In this document: in pieces, positions 1-9,283 of the stretch
Layout of the letters: each line of letters opens with the position of its first letter
Position numbering within the stretch: position 1 is the first letter of the stretch
Source: Candidatus Bipolaricaulota bacterium
Lineage (GTDB): Bacteria > Bipolaricaulota > Bipolaricaulia > Bipolaricaulales > Bipolaricaulaceae
Length of the DNA stretch: 48,276 bases
Assembly: GCA_037439765.1 (NCBI GenBank)
Contig: JBBIVL010000002.1
Coordinates: 1-48,276, forward strand
Reading direction: 5' to 3'
Translations under genes and position numbers: made by a program
The notes under the pieces: model-generated
Told to the model about the DNA's origin: nothing
What the model saw: the letters and a program-made list of their open reading frames with translations, nothing else
The model's database searches: none

Positions 1-2
1 TG

Positions 3-560
3 ATGGAAAACCTCGGACTTCTTGCGGTGGCGGGCGTGGTGGTTTTGGGGCTCATTTTCGGGGGATCGAAGGTCGAGCCGCCTGGGACCGTGGAAGCGCT
101 GGATCTTTCGCGATACATGGGCCGGTGGTATGCCCTCGCCCATATTCCCACAAGCTTTGAGCGCGGCTGCGCCAAAGGTACCACTGCGACCTATACTCTT
201 TTGCCCAACGGGCAAATCGAGGTCCTGAACGAATGTTTCGATGCAAAAGGCCAAAAGAAGATGGTCCGCGGCCGCGCGTGGATCCCCAACCCCAATGAAC
301 CGGCAAAACTCAAGGTCAGCTTTGTGAACCTCTTTGGGATCTGGCTTTTCGCCGGGGATTACTGGGTGATCGAGCTTGACCCGAACTATTCCTATGCAGT
401 TGTGGGCCATCCCCAGCGAAAATACGGCTGGATCCTTTCCCGCACACCCACCGTGGATGAGGCCACCTGGACAAAGATCAAGAACGCTCTAACGCGGGAG
501 GGCTACCGCTGGGAGCAGTTCGTGCGCATCGATCAATCGGTGCATGAGAAGGGCGACTGA
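3..560 (+). CDS. blc: Bacterial lipocalin (Blc-type outer-membrane lipoprotein)
   Basis: 185-aa ORF with ATG at 3 and a hydrophobic N-terminal signal/anchor. Lipocalin blocks 'YMGRWYALAHIPTSFE' and 'YWVIELDPNYSYAVVGHPQRKYGWILSRTP' are typical of the Blc family. Confidence 0.85.
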   Translation: MENLGLLAVAGVVVLGLIFGGSKVEPPGTVEALDLSRYMGRWYALAHIPTSFERGCAKGTTATYTLLPNGQIEVLNECFDAKGQKKMVRGRAWIPNPNEPAKLKVSFVNLFGIWLFAGDYWVIELDPNYSYAVVGHPQRKYGWILSRTPTVDEATWTKIKNALTREGYRWEQFVRIDQSVHEKGD

Positions 561-584
561 GGAGCGCCTTCTTCCCGAAAACCG

Positions 585-1187
585 CTAAAGGATCTCAGGA
601 TTTTCCGCAAGGGCTTTTAAAAGCGGCCGCAGGCCCTCCAAGGCTTTCCGGCGGTGGGAGATTTTGTTCTTCTCCTCCGGAGAGAGTTCCGCTAGCGTCC
701 GGGTTTCTCCTGCGGGGATGAACAGGGGATCGTAGCCGAAGCCCCCGGTTCCCCGCGGCCCTTGGGCGATCTCTCCCACCAAAACTCCTTCGCTTTTCCA
801 AAACCGGCCATCGGGAAGGGCCAACACGGCCACCGTGCGAAACCAGGCCCGCCGGTTCTTCACCCCCTTCAAGAGCTCCAGAAGCTTTTGGTTGTTGGCC
901 GCGTAGTCCTTCTCCCGGCCGGAGAAGCGGGAGGAAAGGACGCCCGGGGCGCCGCCCAGCGCCTCCACCTCCAGGCCCGTATCCTCGGCCACCGTTGGAA
1001 GCCCCGAGCGTTTGGCGTACATGACGGCTTTGATGATCGCGTTCTCCTCCAGGGTTTTTCCCTCTTCTTCGGGCTCAGGAAGGTTCAAATCGAGGGCGGT
1101 GAACCACTCGATTCCGGGGATATCTCCCAGGATAGCCCGAACTTCTGCAAGTTTGGCGGGGTTCCCTGTCCCTAACAGGACCTTCAC
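585..1187 (-). CDS. rdgB: RdgB/HAM1 non-canonical purine NTP pyrophosphatase (dITP/XTP pyrophosphatase)
   Basis: 200-aa ORF with '[11 protein letters not shown]' N-terminus, 'FGYDPLF' and '[11 protein letters not shown]' family blocks. The GTG start overlaps the upstream stop (GTGA). Confidence 0.9.
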   Translation of the reverse strand: MKVLLGTGNPAKLAEVRAILGDIPGIEWFTALDLNLPEPEEEGKTLEENAIIKAVMYAKRSGLPTVAEDTGLEVEALGGAPGVLSSRFSGREKDYAANNQKLLELLKGVKNRRAWFRTVAVLALPDGRFWKSEGVLVGEIAQGPRGTGGFGYDPLFIPAGETRTLAELSPEEKNKISHRRKALEGLRPLLKALAENPEIL

Positions 1188-2230
1188 GCCACTTTTACGC
1201 CCCGGAGGCTAAGCTGCGTGGCAAAGTGGCAGGCCACATAGTGCTTTTCCCCCAGGTCCACAAGCGGCGGAGTCTCGTGGGCACAAATGTCTTGCGCGTA
1301 GGAGCAGCGGGGGTGGAAGCGGCAGCCTTTGGGCGGGTTCACCGGGCTTGGCACATCACCTTGGAGAATGATGCGCTCCGCCTGGTAGTCGGGCTCAGGA
1401 ACGGGCACGGCGGAAAGAAGGGCCTCGGTGTAGGGGTGTTTAGGGCGAAGGAAAAGCTCTTCCGTTTCCGCAAGCTCCACGATTTTCCCAAGGTACATCA
1501 CGGCCACCCGGTCGGAGATGTGCTTCACCACGGAAAGATCGTGGGCCACGAAAAGGTAGGTGAGCCCGAATTGGTCTTGGAGGTCCTCAAGGAGGTTCAG
1601 GATCTGGGCCTGGATGGAGACGTCCAAGGCGGATACAGGCTCGTCGCACACGATGAGCTGAGGGTTGAGGGCCAAAGCGCGGGCGATTCCGATCCGTTGG
1701 CGCTGGCCGCCGGAGAACTCGTGGGGGTAGCGCCGCATGTGCTCGGGTTTCAGGCCCACCGCCTCCAGTAGCTCGGCGACCCGTTCCCGCAGGGCTTTCC
1801 CCCTGGCCAGGCCGTGCACCACCAAGGGTTCCCCAATGATGTCGCCCACGGTCATGCGGGGGTTCAGGGAGGAATAAGGGTCCTGGAAGATGATCTGCAT
1901 CTCCCGGCGTAGAAGTTTCATGGTCGCCTTGCCGGCGTGCACCACATCCACTTCTCGACCGAATTTCTTGGATTTGAACCACACCTCCCCGGAGGTGGGT
2001 TCGATGAGGCGAAGTATGGTGCGGGCGCACGTGGTCTTTCCGCAGCCGGACTCGCCCACCAACCCCAGGGTCTCTCCCTCGGGGATGAAGAAATCCACTT
2101 CGTCCACAGCTTTGACCCAGCCCACGACGCGGCGGAAGACCCCCCGGCGCACGGGAAAATACTTCTTCAGTCGATTCACCCGGAGCAGGATCTTTTCGCT
2201 TTCGGTGGTCATCGCTTCCCCCTCACGCAT
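1184..2230 (-). CDS. oppF: Oligopeptide/dipeptide-type ABC transporter ATP-binding protein (OppF/DppF-like)
   Basis: Walker A 'GESGCGKTT', signature '[15 protein letters not shown]', Walker B 'LIVCDEP', and the Opp/Dpp-type C-terminal extension '[10 protein letters not shown]'. The start could also be M7 (2212). Confidence 0.85.
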   Translation of the reverse strand: MREGEAMTTESEKILLRVNRLKKYFPVRRGVFRRVVGWVKAVDEVDFFIPEGETLGLVGESGCGKTTCARTILRLIEPTSGEVWFKSKKFGREVDVVHAGKATMKLLRREMQIIFQDPYSSLNPRMTVGDIIGEPLVVHGLARGKALRERVAELLEAVGLKPEHMRRYPHEFSGGQRQRIGIARALALNPQLIVCDEPVSALDVSIQAQILNLLEDLQDQFGLTYLFVAHDLSVVKHISDRVAVMYLGKIVELAETEELFLRPKHPYTEALLSAVPVPEPDYQAERIILQGDVPSPVNPPKGCRFHPRCSYAQDICAHETPPLVDLGEKHYVACHFATQLSLRGVKVA

Positions 2231-3203
2231 AGAGCCAACAGGCGGCCTGGTGATTTGTCGCCACTTCCTTCAAAGGCGGCATCTCCCGGGTACATACTTC
2301 CATCACATGGGGACAGCGGGGGTTGAACGGGCATCCAGGCGGCGCATCCAGCGGGTCCGGCACCACCCCCTTGATCGGGTCCAACCGCTTTTTCTTCGTG
2401 GCCAAAGAAGGGATGGAGTTGAGGAGGCCCTGGGTATAGGGGTGCTTGGGCTCGTGAAAGAGCGGGCGCACCAATGCATGTTCCACCACCTTCCCTAAGT
2501 ACATTACCACCACCTCTTGGCACATCTCCGCCACCACCCCCAGGTTGTGGGTGATGAACATGATGGCCATCTTAAAGCGTTGTTGGAGATCGCGCATGAG
2601 GTCCAAAACCTGCGCCTGGATGGTCACATCCAAGGCGGTGGTGGGCTCGTCGGCGATGAGGAGGGAGGGGTTGCAGGAGAGGGCCATGGCGATCATCGCC
2701 CGCTGGCGCATGCCTCCGGAAAGCTGATGGGGATACTCATCCACCCGTTGCTCGGGCTCAGGAATGCCCACCTGCCGCAGCATCTCAATGGCCTTCTTGC
2801 GCGCCTCTTTTTTGGAAACCTTCTGGTGGAGCATGATCGCTTCCATGATCTGATAGCCCACGGTGAACACGGGATTCAAAGAAGTCATGGGCTCCTGGAA
2901 GATCATGGCGATCTCTTTTCCTCGGATGGAGCGGTACTCCTTGCCCTTGGGGTGGAGGGTGGTGAGGTCCACAGTGCGGCCGTCGCGATGCAAGAAGATG
3001 TGGCCACCCGCGATCTTCCCGGGCGGCATGGGCACGAGCCCCATGACGGAGAGAGCGGTCACGGATTTCCCACAGCCGGACTCGCCCACGACTCCCAAAG
3101 TCTGTTGGGGCTCGATGCGGTAGCTCACGCCATCCACGGCTTTGACCACCCCATCCTCGGTGTAGAAGTGTGTCCGCAGGTCTTGCACCTCTAAGAGCGG
3201 CAC
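2223..3203 (-). CDS. oppD: Oligopeptide/dipeptide-type ABC transporter ATP-binding protein (OppD/DppD-like)
   Basis: Walker A 'GESGCGKSV', signature '[15 protein letters not shown]', Walker B '[12 protein letters not shown]', C-terminal '[11 protein letters not shown]'. GTG start with GGAGG 5-6 nt upstream. Confidence 0.85.
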   Translation of the reverse strand: MPLLEVQDLRTHFYTEDGVVKAVDGVSYRIEPQQTLGVVGESGCGKSVTALSVMGLVPMPPGKIAGGHIFLHRDGRTVDLTTLHPKGKEYRSIRGKEIAMIFQEPMTSLNPVFTVGYQIMEAIMLHQKVSKKEARKKAIEMLRQVGIPEPEQRVDEYPHQLSGGMRQRAMIAMALSCNPSLLIADEPTTALDVTIQAQVLDLMRDLQQRFKMAIMFITHNLGVVAEMCQEVVVMYLGKVVEHALVRPLFHEPKHPYTQGLLNSIPSLATKKKRLDPIKGVVPDPLDAPPGCPFNPRCPHVMEVCTREMPPLKEVATNHQAACWLYA

Positions 3204-3212
3204 GGCCCCTCC

Positions 3213-3443
3213 TTAAAGGACGGCGAGAAGGATCCCGAACACGAAAAACGCCCCACCCAAAGCAGCGATCAACAATTTTTTGGGGTCCTTGCGCACGTCC
3301 CGGCCGAAGACCGTGGCGGACATGCCGGCTCCGAACGCCCCGCCCAACGTGGCGTGCTCGGACATGTGCAAGAGAACAAGCACAGTGAGGGCAAAGCAAT
3401 CCAGGAAAAACAAAGCCAACAAGATATTGCGCAAGATGGCCAT
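3213..3443 (-). CDS. secG: Preprotein translocase subunit SecG
   Basis: 76-aa two-TM protein 'MAILRNILLALFF...HMSEHATLGGAFGAG...'. ATG at 3443 is preceded by AAGGAG 7 nt upstream. The 26 extra codons in the 3213..3521 track ORF lack any ribosome-binding site. Confidence 0.75.
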   Translation of the reverse strand: MAILRNILLALFFLDCFALTVLVLLHMSEHATLGGAFGAGMSATVFGRDVRKDPKKLLIAALGGAFFVFGILLAVL

Positions 3444-3472
3444 CTTTTCGCTCCTTTTCCCTTGGCGGGGTG

Positions 3473-3502
3473 AGTATACGGGACACCCTCGGTTTGGTGC
3501 AA
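3473..3502 (-). promoter_or_regulatory. Candidate sigma70 promoter for secG (TTGCAC-N18-TATACT)
   Basis: On the minus strand, -35 TTGCAC (3497-3502) and -10 TATACT (3473-3478) leave a leader of about 23 nt that carries the AAGGAG SD. Motif match only. Confidence 0.35.
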
Positions 3503-3522
3503 GAAACAAGGGTTCGTACAAT
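3494..3522 (+). promoter_or_regulatory. Candidate sigma70 promoter for pyrG (TTGGTG-N17-TACAAT), back-to-back with the secG promoter
   Basis: -35 TTGGTG (3494-3499), 17-nt spacer, -10 TACAAT (3517-3522). The -10 box overlaps ATG 3521, so it conflicts with that start choice (see rejected list). Motif match only. Confidence 0.35.
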
Positions 3523-5122
3523 GGCCATGTTGGCCAAGTACGTGTTTGTCACGGGCGGCGTGGTTTCGGGCCTGGGAAAGGGCGTGGTCACGGCTTCCCT
3601 GGGTTGCCTTTTGCAGGCCCGGGGAGTTCGGGTCACCCTGCAAAAAATTGACCCCTACCTGAACGTGGATGCCGGGACCATCAATCCCTACGAACATGGG
3701 GAGGTGTTCGTCACCCAGGATGGCCTGGAAACGGACCTGGATATCGGACACTACGAGCGTTTTCTTGGTCAGGACCTGAGCCGAGCCAATTACCTTACCA
3801 CAGGCCAAGTGTATTGGTCGGTGATCCAGAAGGAGCGCCGGGGCGATTACCTTGGTCGCACGGTGCAGGTGATCCCCCATGTGACCGAGGAGATCAAGGC
3901 CCGTATCCGCGGCGCTTTGGAAGCTACAAGAAGCGAACTCGTAGTGGTAGAGGTAGGGGGAACGGTAGGCGATATCGAGGGTCTGCCCTATCTTGAGGCC
4001 ATCCGCCAGATGCGCGACGAGCTCGCCCGGGAGGACGTGGCCGTGATCCACCTCGCCTACGTCCCCATCCTTTCCACCACCGGCGAGCTAAAAACTAAAC
4101 CCACTCAGCACTCCGTGAAGGAACTCCGGGCCGCCGGGATACAACCGGACTTCATCGTGGCCCGCTGCCCCATCCCCCTTCCCGATTCCCTGCGTCGGAA
4201 AATCGCGCTTTTCTGCGACGTTCCCGTGGATCACGTGATCGAGGACCGGGATCTACCCTCCCTTTATGAAGTTCCCCTCTGCTTGGCCGAAGAGGCACTG
4301 GATCGAAAGCTTCTCCAGCGGCTCGATGTGCCTTCCCAAGATGGGGACCTCCAGGCGTGGCGCGATTTCGTCCAGCGGCTGCAGAATCCCGAGACAACGG
4401 TGCGGATTGGGATCGTTGGGAAATACGTGGAGCTACACGACGCCTACTTGTCCATTGTCGAGGCCCTCCAGCATGCCGGGGCAGCGCTGCGGAGCCGCGT
4501 GGAGATCCAGTGGATTCCCGCCGAGCGGGTGGAGAAGGAGGGGGAGGGAGTGTTGGCCAGCGTGCAAGGGGTGCTTGTGCCCGGCGGGTTTGGCGAGCGG
4601 GGGATTGAAGGCAAAATCGTGGCTGCCGATTACGCGCGCCGCCGGGGTATCCCCTTCTTCGGCATCTGTTTGGGGATGCAGGTAGCGGCCATCGCCTTCG
4701 CTCGCTCAGTCCTGAACAGAAAAAATGCCAACTCCACGGAGTTCGATCCCCACACCCCGGATCCCGTGATCCACCTTCTGCCGGAACAGATGCAGATCCA
4801 GGAAAAAGGCGGAACCATGAGGTTGGGAGGCTATCCGGCAGATCTTCCGCCTGGGACGAAGACGCAGGCTGCCTACCAGGCTACCCGCGTCCATGAGCGC
4901 CATCGCCACCGGTACGAGTTCAACTCCCGTTATCTGGAGCCCTTTGCCCGGGCCGGGTTCGTAGCTTCGGCGTTGTCCCCGGACGGAAGGCTGGTGGAGG
5001 CCCTCGAGCTTCGGGATCACCCCTGGTACGTGGCCGTGCAATTCCATCCGGAGTTTCGCTCTCGACCGCTTCGTCCCCACCCCCTGTTTGTCGCGTTTGT
5101 GCGCGCATGTGGCTCCTCCTGA
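3521..5122 (+). CDS. pyrG: CTP synthase
   Basis: 'KYVFVTGGVVSGLGKG' N-terminus, glutamine amidotransferase 'FFGICLGMQ' and 'HRHRYEFN'. Full-length similarity pattern to PyrG. The start is ambiguous among ATG 3521, ATG 3527 and TTG 3530; the GTG 3470 extension was rejected. Confidence 0.93.
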   Translation: MAMLAKYVFVTGGVVSGLGKGVVTASLGCLLQARGVRVTLQKIDPYLNVDAGTINPYEHGEVFVTQDGLETDLDIGHYERFLGQDLSRANYLTTGQVYWSVIQKERRGDYLGRTVQVIPHVTEEIKARIRGALEATRSELVVVEVGGTVGDIEGLPYLEAIRQMRDELAREDVAVIHLAYVPILSTTGELKTKPTQHSVKELRAAGIQPDFIVARCPIPLPDSLRRKIALFCDVPVDHVIEDRDLPSLYEVPLCLAEEALDRKLLQRLDVPSQDGDLQAWRDFVQRLQNPETTVRIGIVGKYVELHDAYLSIVEALQHAGAALRSRVEIQWIPAERVEKEGEGVLASVQGVLVPGGFGERGIEGKIVAADYARRRGIPFFGICLGMQVAAIAFARSVLNRKNANSTEFDPHTPDPVIHLLPEQMQIQEKGGTMRLGGYPADLPPGTKTQAAYQATRVHERHRHRYEFNSRYLEPFARAGFVASALSPDGRLVEALELRDHPWYVAVQFHPEFRSRPLRPHPLFVAFVRACGSS

Positions 5123-5709
5123 TGCTCTTTTCGGCCCTGGCGGTGGCCCAGACCACCACGCTCACGGCTCCTTGGCTATTGGTCTATGATGTGGAGGGGC
5201 GGCCTCGCTGGGAAATCCGCATGGAGAAATTGACCCGCACCCAAACCGGCTGGGAGGGGGAAAACGTCGCGGTCACCCTGTTTTTTGAGGGCAAACCTAC
5301 CCTCACCCTCCAGGCTGCCCACCTCTCCGCCGATCCTCTGGGGCGCCGTTGGACCCTGACCGATGGGCTCTCCGGGGAAGGCCAGGGCTTCACTTTCACC
5401 GCTCGCGAGGCCCAATGGGCTGAACGCCTCGTGCTCCGGGGATTCTCCGCAAACGGACAGGACCTGGAGGTAGTGGCCGAGGAGACCCGGTGGGAATTGT
5501 CCGGAACTATGGAACTCTTTTCGGCAGAGGTACGGGCCTTGGGTTGGAACCTGCGGTTCACCTACGGGAAATATGGGGAGGGGCTGCTCACCGCTCAAGA
5601 AGTGGAGGCCGCGGGACACGGGCTCCTCGTGCAGGCCGAACACCTCGAGCTCGATTCGGAGCAAGCCCGGGCCAAGTTTCTAGGAGTTAAAGTTGTCCGC
5701 GGTTCTTGA
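5107..5709 (+). CDS. OstA-like (LptC/LptA-like) periplasmic LPS-transport protein, putative
   Basis: 200-aa ORF with N-terminal hydrophobic segment 'MWLLLMLFSALAVAQ' and a beta-rich repetitive body. It overlaps and immediately precedes lptB. The functional call is positional and compositional only. Confidence 0.5.
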   Translation: MWLLLMLFSALAVAQTTTLTAPWLLVYDVEGRPRWEIRMEKLTRTQTGWEGENVAVTLFFEGKPTLTLQAAHLSADPLGRRWTLTDGLSGEGQGFTFTAREAQWAERLVLRGFSANGQDLEVVAEETRWELSGTMELFSAEVRALGWNLRFTYGKYGEGLLTAQEVEAAGHGLLVQAEHLELDSEQARAKFLGVKVVRGS

Positions 5710-6409
5710 GGGGAGGAACCTGACCAAGCGGTTCCGCCACATCCGCGCGGTGGATGGGCTTTCCTTGCGTTTTCACAGCGGGGAAATCACCGGCCTTCTG
5801 GGGCCCAATGGCGCAGGAAAAACGACCACCCTCTACCTTTTGGCAGGGTTCTTGCGGCCCAATCGCGGGGAAATTTTCTTCTCCGGTCGACGGGTCACGC
5901 ACCTTCCCTTCTACCGCCGAGCGCGTCTGGGCATTCATTACCTTCCTCAGGAGCCCTCGGTGTTCCTGCGCACCACGGTGGCCGGGAACATTCGCCTGGC
6001 CCTGAGCGGCATGGGGCTACGTTGGGGGTCTCAGGTTCTGGGCGTGCTTGCTGACCTGGCCCTCGAGGAGCTCTTGGGACGCCGGGTCACGGAGCTCTCC
6101 GCGGGTGAGCGGCGAAAAGTGGAGGTGGCCCGGGCCCTCGTCACGCGGCCCGCCTTTTTGCTCCTGGATGAGCCGTTCCTAGGGGTGGACCCCCTTACTG
6201 TGGCCGAGCTCTCGACCTTGGTACGCAAGCTCGCTCAAAGCGGCATCGGCCTCGTCATCTGCGATCACAATGTGCGCGATACGCTGCGCCTGGTGGACCG
6301 GGCTCATCTCATCCAGGCGGGAAAAACCGTGGTGGAAGGCACTCCTGCGGAAATTGTGGCCAACCCCCAGGCCCGCGCCCTCTACCTCGGGGAAAATTTT
6401 TCTTTGTAG
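5693..6409 (+). CDS. lptB: LPS export ABC transporter ATP-binding protein LptB
   Basis: 238 aa with Walker A 'GLLGPNGAGKTT', signature 'LSAGERRKVEVARAL', Walker B 'LLLDEPFLGVDP' and C-terminal 'NPQARALYLGENF', typical of LptB. TTG start. Confidence 0.85.
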   Translation: MSAVLEGRNLTKRFRHIRAVDGLSLRFHSGEITGLLGPNGAGKTTTLYLLAGFLRPNRGEIFFSGRRVTHLPFYRRARLGIHYLPQEPSVFLRTTVAGNIRLALSGMGLRWGSQVLGVLADLALEELLGRRVTELSAGERRKVEVARALVTRPAFLLLDEPFLGVDPLTVAELSTLVRKLAQSGIGLVICDHNVRDTLRLVDRAHLIQAGKTVVEGTPAEIVANPQARALYLGENFSL

Positions 6410-6876
6410 TGGGCTTCCAGGGCTAGGAACCTCTCCTTCCAGCCGAGGCCCGGACCGTATCCGCCGAGCCCGTGCGTCCCCACCACCCGGTGGCACGGAA
6501 CGAGGATGGGCAGAGGGTTGCGCGCCAGGGCCTGGCCCACCGCACGGGTGGCCCGAGGGCTTCCTACCCCCTGGGCTACTTCCCCGTAGGTGCGGATCTC
6601 ACCATAGGGAATGCGCTGGAGCTCCTGCCAAACCCTTTGGAAAAAGGGCGGGCCTTGAAGAGAAAACGGCACGGTGAAGCTTTTCCGGTCTCCGCAGAAG
6701 TATTCGTTCAGCTCCTCTGTTAACTTCATCAGCAGGGAATTCTCCTCCCACGGACCCTCCGGAGGATCGGGGGGAAAACGAAGTGCCTTGATTTTTCTGC
6801 CGCGCCATTCCGCATAAAACGTACCCCAGACGGTGAGCACCTTTCCCCAGGGCATGCGGGAGCTTACGCCGCCCAC
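6382..6876 (-). CDS. ogt: Methylated-DNA--protein-cysteine methyltransferase (Ogt/MGMT)
   Basis: Active-site 'PCHRVV' and a helix-turn-wing block 'IPYGEIRTYGEVA...RAVGQALARNP'. The start is uncertain (GTG 6876 or ATG 6855). The 3' end overlaps convergent lptB by 28 nt. Confidence 0.88.
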   Translation of the reverse strand: MGGVSSRMPWGKVLTVWGTFYAEWRGRKIKALRFPPDPPEGPWEENSLLMKLTEELNEYFCGDRKSFTVPFSLQGPPFFQRVWQELQRIPYGEIRTYGEVAQGVGSPRATRAVGQALARNPLPILVPCHRVVGTHGLGGYGPGLGWKERFLALEAHYKEKFSPR

Positions 6877-6888
6877 CCCCTGGATACA

Positions 6889-8214
6889 ATGAGAGTCATG
6901 CGCGCGTTGGCTTTGGCTTGGCCGTTGGAGGGCCCCGAGCTCACCCGGGACGATTTCCCCACTGCGGAGTCCCTAGCCAGCTTTGACGTGGTCCTGATCG
7001 ATCCTGAGCCCTTGCCCTCCCTTTGGCAACCCTTTGCGGAATTGGCTCCCGATGGCACGCAGCGTCTCCATCCCAGCCGGGATCTTGGCCTCTCCCGTGC
7101 GTTGGAGAAGCTTTTTTCCTTGCGACAAAAAGAAGCAGAGGATCTACTTGCGGCCGGCGGTGTTTTGGTGGTGCGGGTCCGGGCAGCCGAGGAAGGCGTG
7201 GTGATCGAGGGAAATCCTCCCCGCAGGCTAACCACCTACAGCTTTCTTCCCAAGGCTTCCCTGGTTTCGGGACCGCATCATTTGGCGCTGCCCCAGGGGC
7301 TTCGGTTTGGGCTCCGCCGCGGCCACGATCTGCAGCTGGCAGATCCCTTGCATCCCCTGGCCCTCTATTTGGAACGCTTCGCCACCTTCGGCTACGAAGC
7401 CGTGGTCACCTCGGCCTTGGGCTCCCCCCTTTCTGCGTTCGGTCAGGTCCTTGCCCAAAACCGGGTGGGTGATGTGCTGGCCTTGGATCTTCCCGTGGGA
7501 CCAGGACGCCTCCTGTTCCTCCCCGCCTTCCCTGGGGCCGAAGGCCGGGAGGCCTGGGAGGTTTTCCGGCCGGGCATCTCCGCCCTGCTGGACCTCCCGC
7601 TCCCTGCCAACGCGCCCGATTGGCTGGGTAAATACAAGCTTCCCGGCGAGGAGGAACTGGAAAAAATTCGGACCGAACTCCTCCGGGAAAAGGAACGGCT
7701 GACGCGGCGGGAGGAGGAGCTGAACGCCGCGCAGCGGGAACTGGACACATTCAAAGCCCTCCTTTTCCCGCGGGGGAATGGGGTTTTTTCCCGCGCCGCC
7801 CGGGCTGCCTTTCAACGCCTAGGGTTTGCGGTAGCTGAGGTCCAACATGGAGCCGAGTTTGTGGCGCAAAGCCCGGAAGAGAACTTTCTGGTGCGCGTGG
7901 CCTTATCCCCGTTTGCCCCGGTGGGTCCGGAAGAGCATCGAGCTCTCCTCTTGTCCTTGGACAAGCTCCGTCACGAGGAAAGACAGGATGCGCAGGGGAT
8001 CCTGTTCTGTCTGGCTCAGCCTGATCTTGATCCCAAGCGGCGCGGGCCGCAATGGGATGAGACAGTGGAACGAGCCAGCCGCGACCATCGCTTTGTCCTC
8101 GTCTCCGCTTACGATTTTTTCCGGGCGGTGAGCCAAATCCTTGCAGGTGGGGATCCCCAAGAGGTGCGCAAATCCCTGGCCGAGGCGGAGGGCCCGTGGA
8201 GACCACGGTTCTGA
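6889..8214 (+). CDS. Hypothetical protein (N-terminal alpha/beta domain, central coiled coil, C-terminal nuclease-fold-like domain)
   Basis: 441-aa ORF with consistent codon and amino-acid usage. Heptad-rich 'EEELEKIRTELLREKERLTRREEELNAAQRELDTF' lies in the middle. No family recognised. ATG 6898 is an alternative start, 7 nt after a TACAAT box. Confidence 0.7.
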   Translation: MRVMRALALAWPLEGPELTRDDFPTAESLASFDVVLIDPEPLPSLWQPFAELAPDGTQRLHPSRDLGLSRALEKLFSLRQKEAEDLLAAGGVLVVRVRAAEEGVVIEGNPPRRLTTYSFLPKASLVSGPHHLALPQGLRFGLRRGHDLQLADPLHPLALYLERFATFGYEAVVTSALGSPLSAFGQVLAQNRVGDVLALDLPVGPGRLLFLPAFPGAEGREAWEVFRPGISALLDLPLPANAPDWLGKYKLPGEEELEKIRTELLREKERLTRREEELNAAQRELDTFKALLFPRGNGVFSRAARAAFQRLGFAVAEVQHGAEFVAQSPEENFLVRVALSPFAPVGPEEHRALLLSLDKLRHEERQDAQGILFCLAQPDLDPKRRGPQWDETVERASRDHRFVLVSAYDFFRAVSQILAGGDPQEVRKSLAEAEGPWRPRF

Positions 8215-9185
8215 AATTTTCCCTGGTCTTGAGCCTCCTGTTCGTTCCCCTCTCCGCCTGGACCAGTCCTCGGATGGCCCACTGGCTTCGGGCCCGCCAA
8301 CACATCCGCCCGGAGGGGCCTTTTACCCACGGAAGAAAAGCGGGCACGCCCACCATGGGCGGTCTGGTCCCTCTGGGCCTCCTCCTCGGGGGCGCGGGGA
8401 TCCTTTGGGCCTGGACTGGCCCTGATGGCCCCAGCATTTTCGCCGTGCTGGCCACGGTTTTGGCAGGCGGGGTGGGCCTCCTGGATGATCTTCGCTCCCA
8501 GCGGAGGCACCGCTCCACCGGGCTTTTCCCCCACCAGACCATCCTTGTTCAGCTCCTCGCCGCCACGATCCTCGTGTTCGTGGCCCTCCTTTTCCCTCCC
8601 CGCCTGCAGTTGCCCTTTTCCTCGCTCGTAGTGAGCCTCCCCACCTGGGGATGGATCCCGCTTTTGGTGTTGGGGTTTTTGGGTACCCTCAATGGCGTGA
8701 ACCTTGCCGACGGGTTGGACGGCCTGGCCTCCGGCCTGTTCCTCCTCGCCCTTCTTGGGCTTCTCCCTTGCCTCCTTGGAATGCCCAAACTGGGAGCCCT
8801 GGGCATTCTCGGGCTTGGGTCTGGCCTGGGATTCCTCTGGTCCAATGCCTTTCCGGCCCGGGTTTTCCTGGGAAACGTGGGTTCCATGGGCCTGGGCGGG
8901 TTTCTCTTCGGGTTAGCTTGGAGTTCCGAAAGCCTGTTGTTTCTTCCCTTGGCGGGCGGGGTGTTCGTGTTGGAGGCCCTTTCCGTGATCCTTCAGGTAG
9001 GGAGCTTCAAGCTCTGGGGAGTGCGGCTCTTCAAAATGAGCCCGTTTCACCATCACTTGGAGGATATGTCCGTCCCTTGGCCCCATCGTCTCCCCAGCCC
9101 GAATTGGCCGGAACCGCAAGTGGTGACGCGGCTTTGGGCTATGGGCGCGGGCTTTGCCCTGCTCAGCGTCCTGGCGGCCCTCTAG
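8196..9185 (+). CDS. mraY: Phospho-N-acetylmuramoyl-pentapeptide-transferase (MraY, GT4 polyprenyl-phosphate sugar-phosphate transferase family)
   Basis: Polytopic membrane protein with 'HGRKAGTPTMGG', 'LNGVNLADGLDGLA' and 'MSPFHHHLE' blocks. GTG start with GGAGG 5 nt upstream. Confidence 0.85.
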   Translation: METTVLKFSLVLSLLFVPLSAWTSPRMAHWLRARQHIRPEGPFTHGRKAGTPTMGGLVPLGLLLGGAGILWAWTGPDGPSIFAVLATVLAGGVGLLDDLRSQRRHRSTGLFPHQTILVQLLAATILVFVALLFPPRLQLPFSSLVVSLPTWGWIPLLVLGFLGTLNGVNLADGLDGLASGLFLLALLGLLPCLLGMPKLGALGILGLGSGLGFLWSNAFPARVFLGNVGSMGLGGFLFGLAWSSESLLFLPLAGGVFVLEALSVILQVGSFKLWGVRLFKMSPFHHHLEDMSVPWPHRLPSPNWPEPQVVTRLWAMGAGFALLSVLAAL

Positions 9186-9283
9186 CCCTTTGGTTCCAAG
9201 CTTCCCCCAAAAAGACAGGCTGGTCGTGGGATTTCGGCGCTCTGGTTTTGCGAAGGGACGTGTCCGCGGATAATGGGGACCCC

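Noticed and set aside
3470-3520. GTG 3470 as the pyrG start, and more generally the long N-terminal extensions in the track ORFs 27888..28991, 34808..36451, 37976..39649, 43166..45016, 42472..43185 and 23989..25026.
   Set aside because: The extensions are Arg/Pro/Gly/Cys-rich, lack homology to the family N-termini, and overlap neighbouring genes or promoters. In each case a canonical family N-terminus begins at an internal start.
3494-3532. Treating TTGGTG-N17-TACAAT as proof that pyrG is leaderless from TTG 3530.
   Set aside because: The -10 box overlaps ATG 3521 and lies only 4 nt before ATG 3527. A leaderless UUG start would be unusual. The promoter is kept as a low-confidence feature, and the pyrG start remains unresolved without TSS data.
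8651-9283. The N-terminal 211 codons of the 601-aa track ORF 8651..10456.
   Set aside because: They overlap mraY almost entirely in another frame and are Pro/Arg/Gly-rich, typical of a GC-rich shadow. The membrane protein starts cleanly at ATG 9284.
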